Shown here piece by piece: positions 25,122-40,100 of a stretch of DNA of 64,000 nucleotides (position 1 is its first letter; every line of letters starts with the position of its first letter). This DNA is from the human T2T-CHM13v2.0 reference genome, Homo sapiens. The notes beneath the pieces were generated by a model. The model worked only from the letters and a program-made list of their open reading frames with translations. It did no database searches and was not told where the DNA came from. A program made the translations under genes and the position numbers. The stretch lies in the NCBI RefSeq assembly GCF_009914755.1, contig NC_060938.1. One strand, written 5' to 3'.

Positions 25122-28100
25122 GCTACTTTTTATACGTAATCCCGTTTCCAACGAAATCCTCCAAGCTATCCAAATATCCACTTGCAGATTCCACAGAAAG
25201 ACTGTTTCAAAACTGCTCTGTCAATAGAAAGGTTCAACTCTGTTAGCTGCGTGCATATATCCCAAAGAAGATTCTGAGATTGCTTCTGTCTAGTTTTTAT
25301 GGGAAGATATTTCCCTTTTCACCGTAGGCGTCAAGGCGCTCCAAATGTCCACTTCCAGATACTACAAAAAGAGTGTTTCAAACCTACTCTGTGAAAGGGA
25401 ATATTCAACTCTGTGACTTGAATGCACATATCACAAGGAAGTTTCTGAGAATGCTTCTGTCGAGATTTTATATGAAGATATTCCCGTTTCCAACGAAATC
25501 CTGAAATGTATCCAAATATCCCCTTGCAGATTCTACAAAAAGAGTGTTTCAAAACTGCTCTGTAAAAAGAAAGGTTCAACTCTGTTAGTTGAGTACACAC
25601 ATCACAAACAAGTTTCACACAATGCTTCTTTCTAGCTTGTAGGGGAAGATATTCCCTTTATCACCATGGGCCTCCAACCGTCCGATAAGTCCACTTCCAT
25701 ATACTACAAAAAGAGCGTTTCAAACCTGCTCTATGAAAGGCAATGTTCAACTCTGTGACTTGAATGCAGACATCACAGAGCAGTTTCTGAGAATGCTTCT
25801 GTCTAGATTTTATAGGAAGATATTCCCGTTTCCAACGAAATCTTCACAGCTATCCAAATATCCACTTGCAGATTCTACAAAAAGAGTGTATCAAAACTGC
25901 TCTGTCAAAAGGAAGGTTCTTCTCTGTTAGGTGAGTGCATACGTCATAAAGGAGTTTCTGAGAATGTTTCTGTCTAGTGGTTATGGGAAGATATTTGCTT
26001 TTTCACCGTAGGCCTCAGAGCGCTCCAAATATCCACTTGCACATACTACAAAAAGAGTGCTTCAAAGCTGCTCTCTGAAACGGAATGTTCAACTCTATGA
26101 GTTGAATGCAAACATCACAAAGACGTTTCTGAGAATGCTTCTGTCTAGATTTGATATGAAGATATTCCCGTTTCCAACGAAATCTTCAAATCTATCCAAA
26201 TGTCCACTTGCAGATTCAACAAAAAGTGTTTTTCAGAACTGCTCTATCAAAAGAAAGATCCACCTCTGTTAGCTGAGTTCACACATCACAAACAAGTTTA
26301 TGAGAATGCTTCTGTCTAGTTTTTATTTGAAGATATTTCCTTTCTCACCATAGAGCTGAAAGCTGTCCTAATGTTCACTTCCAGATACTACAGAAAGAGT
26401 GTTTCAAAACTGCTGTACGAAAGGGAATGTTCAACTCTGTGACTTGAATGCACACATCACAAAGAAGTTTCTGAGGATGCTGCTGGCTACTTTTTATACG
26501 TAATCCCGTTTCCAACGAAATCCTCCAAGCTATCCAAATATCCACTTGCAGATTCCACAGAAAGACTGTTTCAAAACTGCTCTGTCAATAGAAAGGTTCA
26601 ACTCTGTTAGCTGCGTGCATATATCCCAAAGAAGATTCTGAGATTGCTTCTGTCTAGTTTTTATGGGAAGATATTTCCCTTTTCACCGTAGGCGTCAAGG
26701 CGCTCCAAATGTCCACTTCCAGATACTACAAAAAGAGTGTTTCAAACCTACTCTGTGAAAGGGAATATTCAACTCTGTGACTTGAATGCACATATCACAA
26801 GGAAGTTTCTGAGAATGCTTCTGTCGAGATTTTATATGAAGATATTCCCGTTTCCAACGAAATCCTGAAATGTATCCAAATATCCCCTCGCAGATTCTAC
26901 AAAAAGAGTGTTTCAAAACTGCTCTGTAAAAAGAAAGGTTCAACTCTGTTAGTTGAGTACACACATCACAAACAAGTTTCACAGAATGCTTCTTTCTAGC
27001 TTGTAGGGGAAGATTCCCCTTTATCACCATGGTCCTCAAACCGTCCGAAAAGTCCACTTCCATATACTACAAAAAGAGCGTTTCAAACCTGCTGTATGAA
27101 AGGCAATGTTCAACTCTGTGACTTGAATGCAGACATCACAGAGCAGTTTCTGAGAATGCTTCTGTCTAGATTTTATAGGAAGATATTCCCGTTTCCAACG
27201 AAATCTTCACAGCTATCCAAATATCCACTTGCAGATTCTACAAAAAGAGTGTATCAAAACTGCTCTGTCAAAAGGAAGGTTCTTTTCTGTTAGGTGAGTG
27301 CATACGTCATAAAGGAGTTTCTGAGAATGTTTCTGTCTAGTGGTTATGGGAAGATATTTGCTTTTTCACCGTAGGCCTCAGAGCGCTCCAAATATCCACT
27401 TGCACATACTACAAAAAGAGTGCCTCAAACTGCTCTCTGAAACGGAATGTTCAACTCTATGAGTTGAATGCAAACATCGCAAAGACGTTTCTGAGAATGC
27501 TTCTGTCTAGATTTGATATGAAGATATTCCCGTTTCCAACGAAATCTTCAAATCTATCCAAATGTCCACTTGCAGATTCAACAAAAAGTGTTTTTCAGAA
27601 CTGCTCTATCAAAAGAAAGATCCACCTCTGTTAGCTGAGTTCACACATCACAAACAAGTTTATGAGAATGCTTCTGTCTAGTTTTTATTTGAAGATATTT
27701 CCTTTCTCACCATAGAGCTGAAAGCTGTCCTAATGTTCACTTCCAGATACTACAGAAAGAGTGTTTCAAAACTGCTGTACGAAAGGGAATGTTCAACTCT
27801 GTGACTTGAATGCACACATCACAAAGAAGTTTCTGAGGATGCTGCTGGCTACTTTTTATACGTAATCCCGTTTCCAACGAAATCCTCCAAGCTATCCAAA
27901 TATCCACTTGCAGATTCCACAGAAAGACTGTTTCAAAACTGCTCTGTCAATAGAAAGGTTCAACTCTGTTAGCTGCGTGCATATATCCCAAAGAAGATTC
28001 TGAGATTGCTTCTGTCTAGTTTTTATGGGAAGATATTTCCCTTTTCACCGTAGGCGTCAAGGCGCTCAAAATGTCCACTTCCAGATACTACAAAAAGAGT

Positions 28101-31100
28101 GTTTCAAACCTACTCTGTGAAAGGGAATATTCAACTCTGTGACTTGAATGCACATATCACAAAGAAGTTTCTGAGAATGCTTCTGTCGAGATTTTATATG
28201 AAGATATTCCCGTTTCCAACGAAATCCTGAAATGTATCCAAATATCCCCTCGCAGATTCTACAAAAAGAGTGTTTCAAAACTGCTCTGTGAAAAGAAAGG
28301 TTCAACTCTGTTAGTTGAGTACACACATCACAAACAAGTTTCACAGAATGCTTCCTTCTAGCTTGTAGGGGAAGATATTCCCTTTATCACCATGGGCCTC
28401 CAACCGTCCGAAACATCCACTTCCATATACTACAAAAAGAGCGTTTCAAACCTGCTCTATGAAAGGCAATGTTCAACTCTGTGACTTGAATGCAGACATC
28501 ACAGAGCAGTTTCTGAGAATGCTTCTGTCTAGATTTTATAGGAAGATATTCCCGTTTCCAACGAAATCTTCACAGCTATCCAAATATCCACTTGCAGATT
28601 CTACAAAAAGAGTGTATCAAAACTGCTCTGTCAAAAGGAAGGTTCTTTTCTGTTAGGTGAGTGCATACGTCATAAAGGAGTTTCTGAGAATGTTTCTGTC
28701 TAGTGGTTATGGGAAGATATTTGCTTTTTCACCGTAGGCCTCAGAGCGCTCCAAATATCCACTTGCACATACTACAAAAAGAGTGCCTCAAACTGCTCTC
28801 TGAAACGGAATGTTCAACTCTATGAGTTGAATGCAAACATCGCAAAGACGTTTCTGAGAATGCTTCTGTCTAGATTTGATATGAAGATATTCCCGTTTCC
28901 AACGAAATCTTCAAATCTATCCAAATGTCCACTTGCAGATTCAACAAAAAGTGTTTTTCAGAACTGCTCTATCAAAAGAAAGATCCACCTCTGTTAGCTG
29001 AGTTCACACATCACAAACAAGTTTATGAGAATGCTTCTGTCTAGTTTTTATTTGAAGATATTTCCTTTCTCACCATAGAGCTGAAAGCTGTCCTAATGTT
29101 CACTTCCAGATACTACAGAAAGAGTGTTTCAAAACTGCTGTACGAAAGGGAATGTTCAACTCTGTGACTTGAATGCACACATCACAAAGAAGTTTCTGAG
29201 GATGCTGCTGGCTACTTTTTATACGTAATCCCGTTTCCAACGAAATCCTCCAAGCTATCCAAATATCCACTTGCAGATTCCACAGAAAGACTGTTTCAAA
29301 ACTGCTCTGTCAATAGAAAGGTTCAACTCTGTTAGCTGCGTGCATATATCCCAAAGAAGATTCTGAGATTGCTTCTGTCTAGTTTTTATGGGAAGATATT
29401 TCCCTTTTCACCGTAGGCGTCAAGGCGCTCCAAATGTCCACTTCCAGATACTACAAAAAGAGTGTTTCAAACCTACTCTGTGAAAGGGAATATTCAACTC
29501 TGTGACTTGAATGCACATATCACAAAGAAGTTTCTGAGAATGCTTCTGTCGAGATTTTATATGAAGATATTCCCGTTTCCAACGAAATCCTGAAATGTAT
29601 CCAAATATCCCCTCGCAGATTCTACAAAAAGAGTGTTTCAAAACTGCTCTGTGAAAAGAAAGGTTCAACTCTGTTAGTTGAGTACACACATCACAAACAA
29701 GTTTCACAGAATGCTTCCTTCTAGCTTGTAGGGGAAGATATTCCCTTTATCACCATGGGCCTCCAACCGTCCGAAACATCCACTTCCATATACTACAAAA
29801 AGAGCGTTTCAAACCTGCTCTATGAAAGGCAATGTTCAACTCTGTGACTTGAATGCAGACATCACAGAGCAGTTTCTGAGAATGCTTCTGTCTAGATTTT
29901 ATAGGAAGATATTCCCGTTTCCAACGAAATCTTCACAGCTATCCAAATATCCACTTGCAGATTCTACAAAAAGAGTGTATCAAAACTGCTCTGTCAAAAG
30001 GAAGGTTCTTTTCTGTTAGGTGAGTGCATACGTCATAAAGGAGTTTCTGAGAATGTTTCTGTCTAGTGGTTATGGGAAGATATTTGCTTTTTCACCGTAG
30101 GCCTCAGAGCGCTCCAAATATCCACTTGCACATACTACAAAAAGAGTGCCTCAAACTGCTCTCTGAAACGGAATGTTCAACTCTATGAGTTGAATGCAAA
30201 CATCGCAAAGACGTTTCTGAGAATGCTTCTGTCTAGATTTGATATGAAGATATTCCCGTTTCCAACGAAATCTTCAAATCTATCCAAATGTCCACTTGCA
30301 GATTCAACAAAAAGTGTTTTTCAGAACTGCTCTATCAAAAGAAAGATCCACCTCTGTTAGCTGAGTTCACACATCACAAACAAGTTTATGAGAATGCTTC
30401 TGTCTAGTTTTTATTTGAAGATATTTCCTTTCTCACCATAGAGCTGAAAGCTGTCCTAATGTTCACTTCCAGATACTACAGAAAGAGTGTTTCAAAACTG
30501 CTGTACGAAAGGGAATGTTCAACTCTGTGACTTGAATGCACACATCACAAAGAAGTTTCTGAGGATGCTGCTGGCTACTTTTTATACGTAATCCCGTTTC
30601 CAACGAAATCCTCCAAGCTATCCAAATATCCACTTGCAGATTCCACAGAAAGACTGTTTCAAAACTGCTCTGTCAATAGAAAGGTTCAACTCTGTTAGCT
30701 GCGTGCATATATCCCAAAGAAGATTCTGAGATTGCTTCTGTCTAGTTTTTATGGGAAGATATTTCCCTTTTCACCGTAGGCGTCAAGGCGCTCCAAATGT
30801 CCACTTCCAGATACTACAAAAAGAGTGTTTCAAACCTACTCTGTGAAAGGGAATATTCAACTCTGTGACTTGAATGCACATATCACAAAGAAGTTTCTGA
30901 GAATGCTTCTGTCGAGATTTTATATGAAGATATTCCCGTTTCCAACGAAATCCTGAAATGTATCCAAATATCCCCTCGCAGATTCTACAAAAAGAGTGTT
31001 TCAAAACTGCTCTGTAAAAAGAAAGGTTCAACTCTGTTAGTTGAGTACACACATCACAAACAAGTTTCACAGAATGCTTCTTTCTAGCTTGTAGGGGAAG

Positions 31101-34100
31101 ATTCCCCTTTATCACCATGGTCCTCAAACCGTCCGAAAAGTCCACTTCCATATACTACAAAAAGAGCGTTTCAAACCTGCTGTATGAAAGGCAATGTTCA
31201 ACTCTGTGACTTGAATGCAGACATCACAGAGCAGTTTCTGAGAATGCTTCTGTCTAGATTTTATAGGAAGATATTCCCGTTTCCAACGAAATCTTCACAG
31301 CTATCCAAATATCCACTTGCAGATTCTACAAAAAGAGTGTATCAAAACTGCTCTGTCAAAAGGAAGGTTCTTTTCTGTTAGGTGAGTGCATACGTCATAA
31401 AGGAGTTTCTGAGAATGTTTCTGTCTAGTGGTTATGGGAAGATATTTGCTTTTTCACCGTAGGCCTCAGAGCGCTCCAAATATCCACTTGCACATACTAC
31501 AAAAAGAGTGCCTCAAACTGCTCTCTGAAACGGAATGTTCAACTCTATGAGTTGAATGCAAACATCGCAAAGACGTTTCTGAGAATGCTTCTGTCTAGAT
31601 TTGATATGAAGATATTCCCGTTTCCAACGAAATCTTCAAATCTATCCAAATGTCCACTTGCAGATTCAACAAAAAGTGTTTTTCAGAACTGCTCTATCAA
31701 AAGAAAGATCCACCTCTGTTAGCTGAGTTCACACATCACAAACAAGTTTATGAGAATGCTTCTGTCTAGTTTTTATTTGAAGATATTTCCTTTCTCACCA
31801 TAGAGCTGAGAGCTGTCCTAATGTTCACTTCCAGATACTACAGAAAGAGTGTTTCAAAACTGCTGTACGAAAGGGAATGTTCAACTCTGTGACTTGAATG
31901 CACACATCACAAAGAAGTTTCTGAGGATGCTGCTGGCTACTTTTTATACGTAATCCCATTTCCAACGAAATCCTCCAAGCTATCCAAATATCCACTTGCA
32001 GATTCCACAGAAAGACTGTTTCAAAACTGCTCTGTCAATAGAAAGGTTCAACTCTGTTAGCTGCGTGCATATATCCCAAAGAAGATTCTGAGATTGCTTC
32101 TGTCTAGTTTTTATGGGAAGATATTTCCCTTTTCACCGTAGGCGTCAAGGCGCTCAAAATGTCCACTTCCAGATACTACAAAAAGAGTGTTTCAAACCTA
32201 CTCTGTGAAAGGGAATATTCAACTCTGTGACTTGAATGCACATATCACAAAGAAGTTTCTGAGAATGCTTCTGTCGAGATTTTATATGAAGATATTCCCG
32301 TTTCCAACGAAATCCTGAAATGTATCCAAATATCCCCTCGCAGATTCTACAAAAAGAGTGTTTCAAAACTGCTCTGTGAAAAGAAAGGTTCAACTCTGTT
32401 AGTTGAGTACACACATCACAAACAAGTTTCACAGAATGCTTCTTTCTAGCTTGTAGGGGAAGATATTCCCTTTATCACCATGGGCCTCCAACCGTCCGAA
32501 ACATCCACTTCCATATACTACAAAAAGAGCGTTTCAAACCTGCTCTATGAAAGGCAATGTTCAACTCTGTGACTTGAATGCAGACATCACAGAGCAGTTT
32601 CTGAGAATGCTTCTGTCTAGATTTTATAGGAAGATATTCCCGTTTCCAACGAAATCTTCACAGCTATCCAAATATCCACTTGCAGATTCTACAAAAAGAG
32701 TGTATCAAAACTGCTCTGTCAAAAGGAAGGTTCTTTTCTGTTAGGTGAGTGCATACGTCATAAAGGAGTTTCTGAGAATGTTTCTGTCTAGTGGTTATGG
32801 GAAGATATTTGCTTTTTCACCGTAGGCCTCAGAGCGCTCCAAATATCCACTTGCACATACTACAAAAAGAGTGCCTCAAACTGCTCTCTGAAACGGAATG
32901 TTCAACTCTATGAGTTGAATGCAAACATCGCAAAGACGTTTCTGAGAATGCTTCTGTCTAGATTTGATATGAAGATATTCCCGTTTCCAACGAAATCTTC
33001 AAATCTATCCAAATGTCCACTTGCAGATTCAACAAAAAGTGTTTTTCAGAACTGCTCTATCAAAAGAAAGATCCACCTCTGTTAGCTGAGTTCACACATC
33101 ACAAACAAGTTTATGAGAATGCTTCTGTCTAGTTTTTATTTGAAGATATTTCCTTTCTCACCATAGAGCTGAAAGCTGTCCTAATGTTCACTTCCAGATA
33201 CTACAGAAAGAGTGTTTCAAAACTGCTGTACGAAAGGGAATGTTCAACTCTGTGACTTGAATGCACACATCACAAAGAAGTTTCTGAGGATGCTGCTGGC
33301 TACTTTTTATACGTAATCCCGTTTCCAACGAAATCCTCCAAGCTATCCAAATATCCACTTGCAGATTCCACAGAAAGACTGTTTCAAAACTGCTCTGTCA
33401 ATAGAAAGGTTCAACTCTGTTAGCTGCGTGCATATATCCCAAAGAAGATTCTGAGATTGCTTCTGTCTAGTTTTTATGGGAAGATATTTCCCTTTTCACC
33501 GTAGGCGTCAAGGCGCTCCAAATGTCCACTTCCAGATACTACAAAAAGAGTGTTTCAAACCTACTCTGTGAAAGGGAATATTCAACTCTGTGACTTGAAT
33601 GCACATATCACAAAGAAGTTTCTGAGAATGCTTCTGTCGAGATTTTATATGAAGATATTCCCGTTTCCAACGAAATCCTGAAATGTATCCAAATATCCCC
33701 TCGCAGATTCTACAAAAAGAGTGTTTCAAAACTGCTCTGTGAAAAGAAAGGTTCAACTCTGTTAGTTGAGTACACACATCACAAACAAGTTTCACAGAAT
33801 GCTTCTTTCTAGCTTGTAGGGGAAGATTCCCCTTTATCACCATGGTCCTCAAACCGTCCGAAAAGTCCACTTCCATATACTACAAAAAGAGCGTTTCAAA
33901 CCTGCTGTATGAAAGGCAATGTTCAAGTCTGTGACTTGAATGCAGACATCACAGAGCAGTTTCTGAGAATGCTTCTGTCTAGATTTTATAGGAAGATATT
34001 CCCGTTTCCAACGAAATCTTCACAGCTATCCAAATATCCACTTGCAGATTCTACAAAAAGAGTGTATCAAAACTGCTCTGTCAAAAGGAAGGTTCTTTTC

Positions 34101-37100
34101 TGTTAGGTGAGTGCATACGTCATAAAGGAGTTTCTGAGAATGTTTCTGTCTAGTGGTTATGGGAAGATATTTGCTTTTTCACCGTAGGCCTCAGAGCGCT
34201 CCAAATATCCACTTGCACATACTACAAAAAGAGTGCCTCAAAGCTGCTCTCTGAAACGGAATGTTCAACTCTATGAGTTGAATGCAAACATCGCAAAGAC
34301 GTTTCTGAGAATGCTTCTGTCTAGATTTGATATGAAGATATTCCCGTTTCCAACGAAATCTTCAAATCTATCCAAATGTCCACTTGCAGATTCAACAAAA
34401 AGTGTTTTTCAGAACTGCTCTATCAAAAGAAAGATCCACCTCTGTTAGCTGAGTTCACACATCACAAACAAGTTTATGAGAATGCTTCTGTCTAGTTTTT
34501 ATTTGAAGATATTTCCTTTCTCACCATAGACCTGAAAGCTGTCCTAATGTTCACTTCCAGTTACTACAGAAAGAGTGTTTCAAAACTGCTGTACGAAAGG
34601 GAATGTTCAACTCTGTGACTTGAATGCACACATCACAAAGAAGTTTCTGAGGATGCTGCTGTCTACTTTTTATACTTAATCCCGTTTCCAACGAAATCCT
34701 CCAAGCTATCCAAATATCCACTTGCAGATTCCACAGAAAGACTGTTTCAAAACTGCTCTGTCAATAGAAAGGTTCAACTCTGTTAGCTGCGTGCATATAT
34801 CCCAAAGAAGATTCTGAGATTGCTTCTGTCTAGTTTTTATGGGAAGATATTTCCCTTTTCACCGTAGGCGTCAAGGCGCTCCAAATGTCCACTTCCAGAT
34901 ACTACGAAAAGAGTGTTTCAAACCTACTCTGTGAAAGGGAATATTCAACTCTGTGACTTGAATGCACATATCACAAAGAAGTTTCTGAGAATGCTTCTGT
35001 CGAGATTTTATATGAAGATATTCCCGTTTCCAACGAAATCCTGAAATGTATCCAAATATCCCCTTGCAGATTCTACAAAAAGAGTGTTTCAAAACTGCTC
35101 TGTAAAAAGAAAGGTTCAACTCTGTTAGTTGAGTACACACATCACAAACAAGTTTCACACAATGCTTCTTTCTAGCTTGTAGGGGAAGATATTCCCTTTA
35201 TCACCATGGGCCTCCAACCGTCCGATAAGTCCACTTCCATATACTACAAAAAGAGCGTTTCAAACCTGCTCTATGAAAGGCAATGTTCAACTCTGTGACT
35301 TGAATGCAGACATCACAGAGCAGTTTCTGAGAATGCTTCTGTCTAGATTTTATAGGAAGATATTCCCGTTTCCAACGAAATCTTCACAGCTATCCAAATA
35401 TCCACTTGCAGATTCTACAAAAAGAGTGTATCAAAACTGCTCTGTCAAAAGGAAGGTTCTTCTCTGTTAGGTGAGTGCATACGTCATAAAGGAGTTTCTG
35501 AGAATGTTTCTGTCTAGTGGTTATGGGAAGATATTTGCTTTTTCACCGTAGGCCTCAGAGCGCTCCAAATATCCACTTGCACATACTACAAAAAGAGTGC
35601 TTCAAAGCTGCTCTCTGAAACGGAATGTTCAACTCTATGAGTTGAATGCAAACATCACAAAGACGTTTCTGAGAATGCTTCTGTCTAGATTTGATATGAA
35701 GATATTCCCGTTTCCAACGAAATCTTCAAATCTATCCAAATGTCCACTTGCAGATTCAACAAAAAGTGTTTTTCAGAACTGCTCTATCAAAAGAAAGATC
35801 CACCTCTGTTAGCTGAGTTCACACATCACAAACAAGTTTATGAGAATGCTTCTGTCTAGTTTTTATTTGAAGATATTTCCTTTCTCACCATAGAGCTGAA
35901 AGCTGTCCTAATGTTCACTTCCAGATACTACAGAAAGAGTGTTTCAAAACTGCTGTACGAAAGGGAATGTTCAACTCTGTGACTTGAATGCACACATCAC
36001 AAAGAAGTTTCTGAGGATGCTGCTGGCTACTTTTTATACGTAATCCCGTTTCCAACGAAATCCTCCAAGCTATCCAAATATCCACTTGCAGATTCCACAG
36101 AAAGACTGTTTCAAAACTGCTCTGTCAATAGAAAGGTTCAACTCTGTTAGCTGCGTGCATATATCCCAAAGAAGATTCTGAGATTGCTTCTGTCTAGTTT
36201 TTATGGGAAGATATTTCCCTTTTCACCGTAGGCGTCAAGGCGCTCCAAATGTCCACTTCCAGATACTACAAAAAGAGTGTTTCAAACCTACTCTGTGAAA
36301 GGGAATATTCAACTCTGTGACTTGAATGCACATATCACAAGGAAGTTTCTGAGAATGCTTCTGTCGAGATTTTATATGAAGATATTCCCGTTTCCAACGA
36401 AATCCTGAAATGTATCCAAATATCCCCTCGCAGATTCTACAAAAAGAGTGTTTCAAAACTGCTCTGTAAAAAGAAAGGTTCAACTCTGTTAGTTGAGTAC
36501 ACACATCACAAACAAGTTTCACAGAATGCTTCTTTCTAGCTTGTAGGGGAAGATTCCCCTTTATCACCATGGTCCTCAAACCGTCCGAAAAGTCCACTTC
36601 CATATACTACAAAAAGAGCGTTTCAAACCTGCTGTATGAAAGGCAATGTTCAACTCTGTGACTTGAATGCAGACATCACAGAGCAGTTTCTGAGAATGCT
36701 TCTGTCTAGATTTTATAGGAAGATATTCCCGTTTCCAACGAAATCTTCACAGCTATCCAAATATCCACTTGCAGATTCTACAAAAAGAGTGTATCAAAAC
36801 TGCTCTGTCAAAAGGAAGGTTCTTTTCTGTTAGGTGAGTGCATACGTCATAAAGGAGTTTCTGAGAATGTTTCTGTCTAGTGGTTATGGGAAGATATTTG
36901 CTTTTTCACCGTAGGCCTCAGAGCGCTCCAAATATCCACTTGCACATACTACAAAAAGAGTGCCTCAAACTGCTCTCTGAAACGGAATGTTCAACTCTAT
37001 GAGTTGAATGCAAACATCGCAAAGACGTTTCTGAGAATGCTTCTGTCTAGATTTGATATGAAGATATTCCCGTTTCCAACGAAATCTTCAAATCTATCCA

Positions 37101-40100
37101 AATGTCCACTTGCAGATTCAACAAAAAGTGTTTTTCAGAACTGCTCTATCAAAAGAAAGATCCACCTCTGTTAGCTGAGTTCACACATCACAAACAAGTT
37201 TATGAGAATGCTTCTGTCTAGTTTTTATTTGAAGATATTTCCTTTCTCACCATAGAGCTGAAAGCTGTCCTAATGTTCACTTCCAGATACTACAGAAAGA
37301 GTGTTTCAAAACTGCTGTACGAAAGGGAATGTTCAACTCTGTGACTTGAATGCACACATCACAAAGAAGTTTCTGAGGATGCTGCTGGCTACTTTTTATA
37401 CGTAATCCCGTTTCCAACGAAATCCTCCAAGCTATCCAAATATCCACTTGCAGATTCCACAGAAAGACTGTTTCAAAACTGCTCTGTCAATAGAAAGGTT
37501 CAACTCTGTTAGCTGCGTGCATATATCCCAAAGAAGATTCTGAGATTGCTTCTGTCTAGTTTTTATGGGAAGATATTTCCCTTTTCACCGTAGGCGTCAA
37601 GGCGCTCAAAATGTCCACTTCCAGATACTACAAAAAGAGTGTTTCAAACCTACTCTGTGAAAGGGAATATTCAACTCTGTGACTTGAATGCACATATCAC
37701 AAAGAAGTTTCTGAGAATGCTTCTGTCGAGATTTTATATGAAGATATTCCCGTTTCCAACGAAATCCTGAAATGTATCCAAATATCCCCTCGCAGATTCT
37801 ACAAAAAGAGTGTTTCAAAACTGCTCTGTGAAAAGAAAGGTTCAACTCTGTTAGTTGAGTACACACATCACAAACAAGTTTCACAGAATGCTTCCTTCTA
37901 GCTTGTAGGGGAAGATATTCCCTTTATCACCATGGGCCTCCAACCGTCCGAAACATCCACTTCCATATACTACAAAAAGAGCGTTTCAAACCTGCTCTAT
38001 GAAAGGCAATGTTCAACTCTGTGACTTGAATGCAGACATCACAGAGCAGTTTCTGAGAATGCTTCTGTCTAGATTTTATAGGAAGATATTCCCGTTTCCA
38101 ACGAAATCTTCACAGCTATCCAAATATCCACTTGCAGATTCTACAAAAAGAGTGTATCAAAACTGCTCTGTCAAAAGGAAGGTTCTTTTCTGTTAGGTGA
38201 GTGCATACGTCATAAAGGAGTTTCTGAGAATGTTTCTGTCTAGTGGTTATGGGAAGATATTTGCTTTTTCACCGTAGGCCTCAGAGCGCTCCAAATATCC
38301 ACTTGCACATACTACAAAAAGAGTGCCTCAAACTGCTCTCTGAAACGGAATGTTCAACTCTATGAGTTGAATGCAAACATCGCAAAGACGTTTCTGAGAA
38401 TGCTTCTGTCTAGATTTGATATGAAGATATTCCCGTTTCCAACGAAATCTTCAAATCTATCCAAATGTCCACTTGCAGATTCAACAAAAAGTGTTTTTCA
38501 GAACTGCTCTATCAAAAGAAAGATCCACCTCTGTTAGCTGAGTTCACACATCACAAACAAGTTTATGAGAATGCTTCTGTCTAGTTTTTATTTGAAGATA
38601 TTTCCTTTCTCACCATAGAGCTGAAAGCTGTCCTAATGTTCACTTCCAGATACTACAGAAAGAGTGTTTCAAAACTGCTGTACGAAAGGGAATGTTCAAC
38701 TCTGTGACTTGAATGCACACATCACAAAGAAGTTTCTGAGGATGCTGCTGGCTACTTTTTATACGTAATCCCGTTTCCAACGAAATCCTCCAAGCTATCC
38801 AAATATCCACTTGCAGATTCCACAGAAAGACTGTTTCAAAACTGCTCTGTCAATAGAAAGGTTCAACTCTGTTAGCTGCGTGCATATATCCCAAAGAAGA
38901 TTCTGAGATTGCTTCTGTCTAGTTTTTATGGGAAGATATTTCCCTTTTCACCGTAGGCGTCAAGGCGCTCAAAATGTCCACTTCCAGATACTACAAAAAG
39001 AGTGTTTCAAACCTACTCTGTGAAAGGGAATATTCAACTCTGTGACTTGAATGCACATATCACAAAGAAGTTTCTGAGAATGCTTCTGTCGAGATTTTAT
39101 ATGAAGATATTCCCGTTTCCAACGAAATCCTGAAATGTATCCAAATATCCCCTCGCAGATTCTACAAAAAGAGTGTTTCAAAACTGCTCTGTGAAAAGAA
39201 AGGTTCAACTCTGTTAGTTGAGTACACACATCACAAACAAGTTTCACAGAATGCTTCCTTCTAGCTTGTAGGGGAAGATATTCCCTTTATCACCATGGGC
39301 CTCCAACCGTCCGAAACATCCACTTCCATATACTACAAAAAGAGCGTTTCAAACCTGCTCTATGAAAGGCAATGTTCAACTCTGTGACTTGAATGCAGAC
39401 ATCACAGAGCAGTTTCTGAGAATGCTTCTGTCTAGATTTTATAGGAAGATATTCCCGTTTCCAACGAAATCTTCACAGCTATCCAAATATCCACTTGCAG
39501 ATTCTACAAAAAGAGTGTATCAAAACTGCTCTGTCAAAAGGAAGGTTCTTTTCTGTTAGGTGAGTGCATACGTCATAAAGGAGTTTCTGAGAATGTTTCT
39601 GTCTAGTGGTTATGGGAAGATATTTGCTTTTTCACCGTAGGCCTCAGAGCGCTCCAAATATCCACTTGCACATACTACAAAAAGAGTGCCTCAAACTGCT
39701 CTCTGAAACGGAATGTTCAACTCTATGAGTTGAATGCAAACATCGCAAAGACGTTTCTGAGAATGCTTCTGTCTAGATTTGATATGAAGATATTCCCGTT
39801 TCCAACGAAATCTTCAAATCTATCCAAATGTCCACTTGCAGATTCAACAAAAAGTGTTTTTCAGAACTGCTCTATCAAAAGAAAGATCCACCTCTGTTAG
39901 CTGAGTTCACACATCACAAACAAGTTTATGAGAATGCTTCTGTCTAGTTTTTATTTGAAGATATTTCCTTTCTCACCATAGAGCTGAAAGCTGTCCTAAT
40001 GTTCACTTCCAGATACTACAGAAAGAGTGTTTCAAAACTGCTGTACGAAAGGGAATGTTCAACTCTGTGACTTGAATGCACACATCACAAAGAAGTTTCT

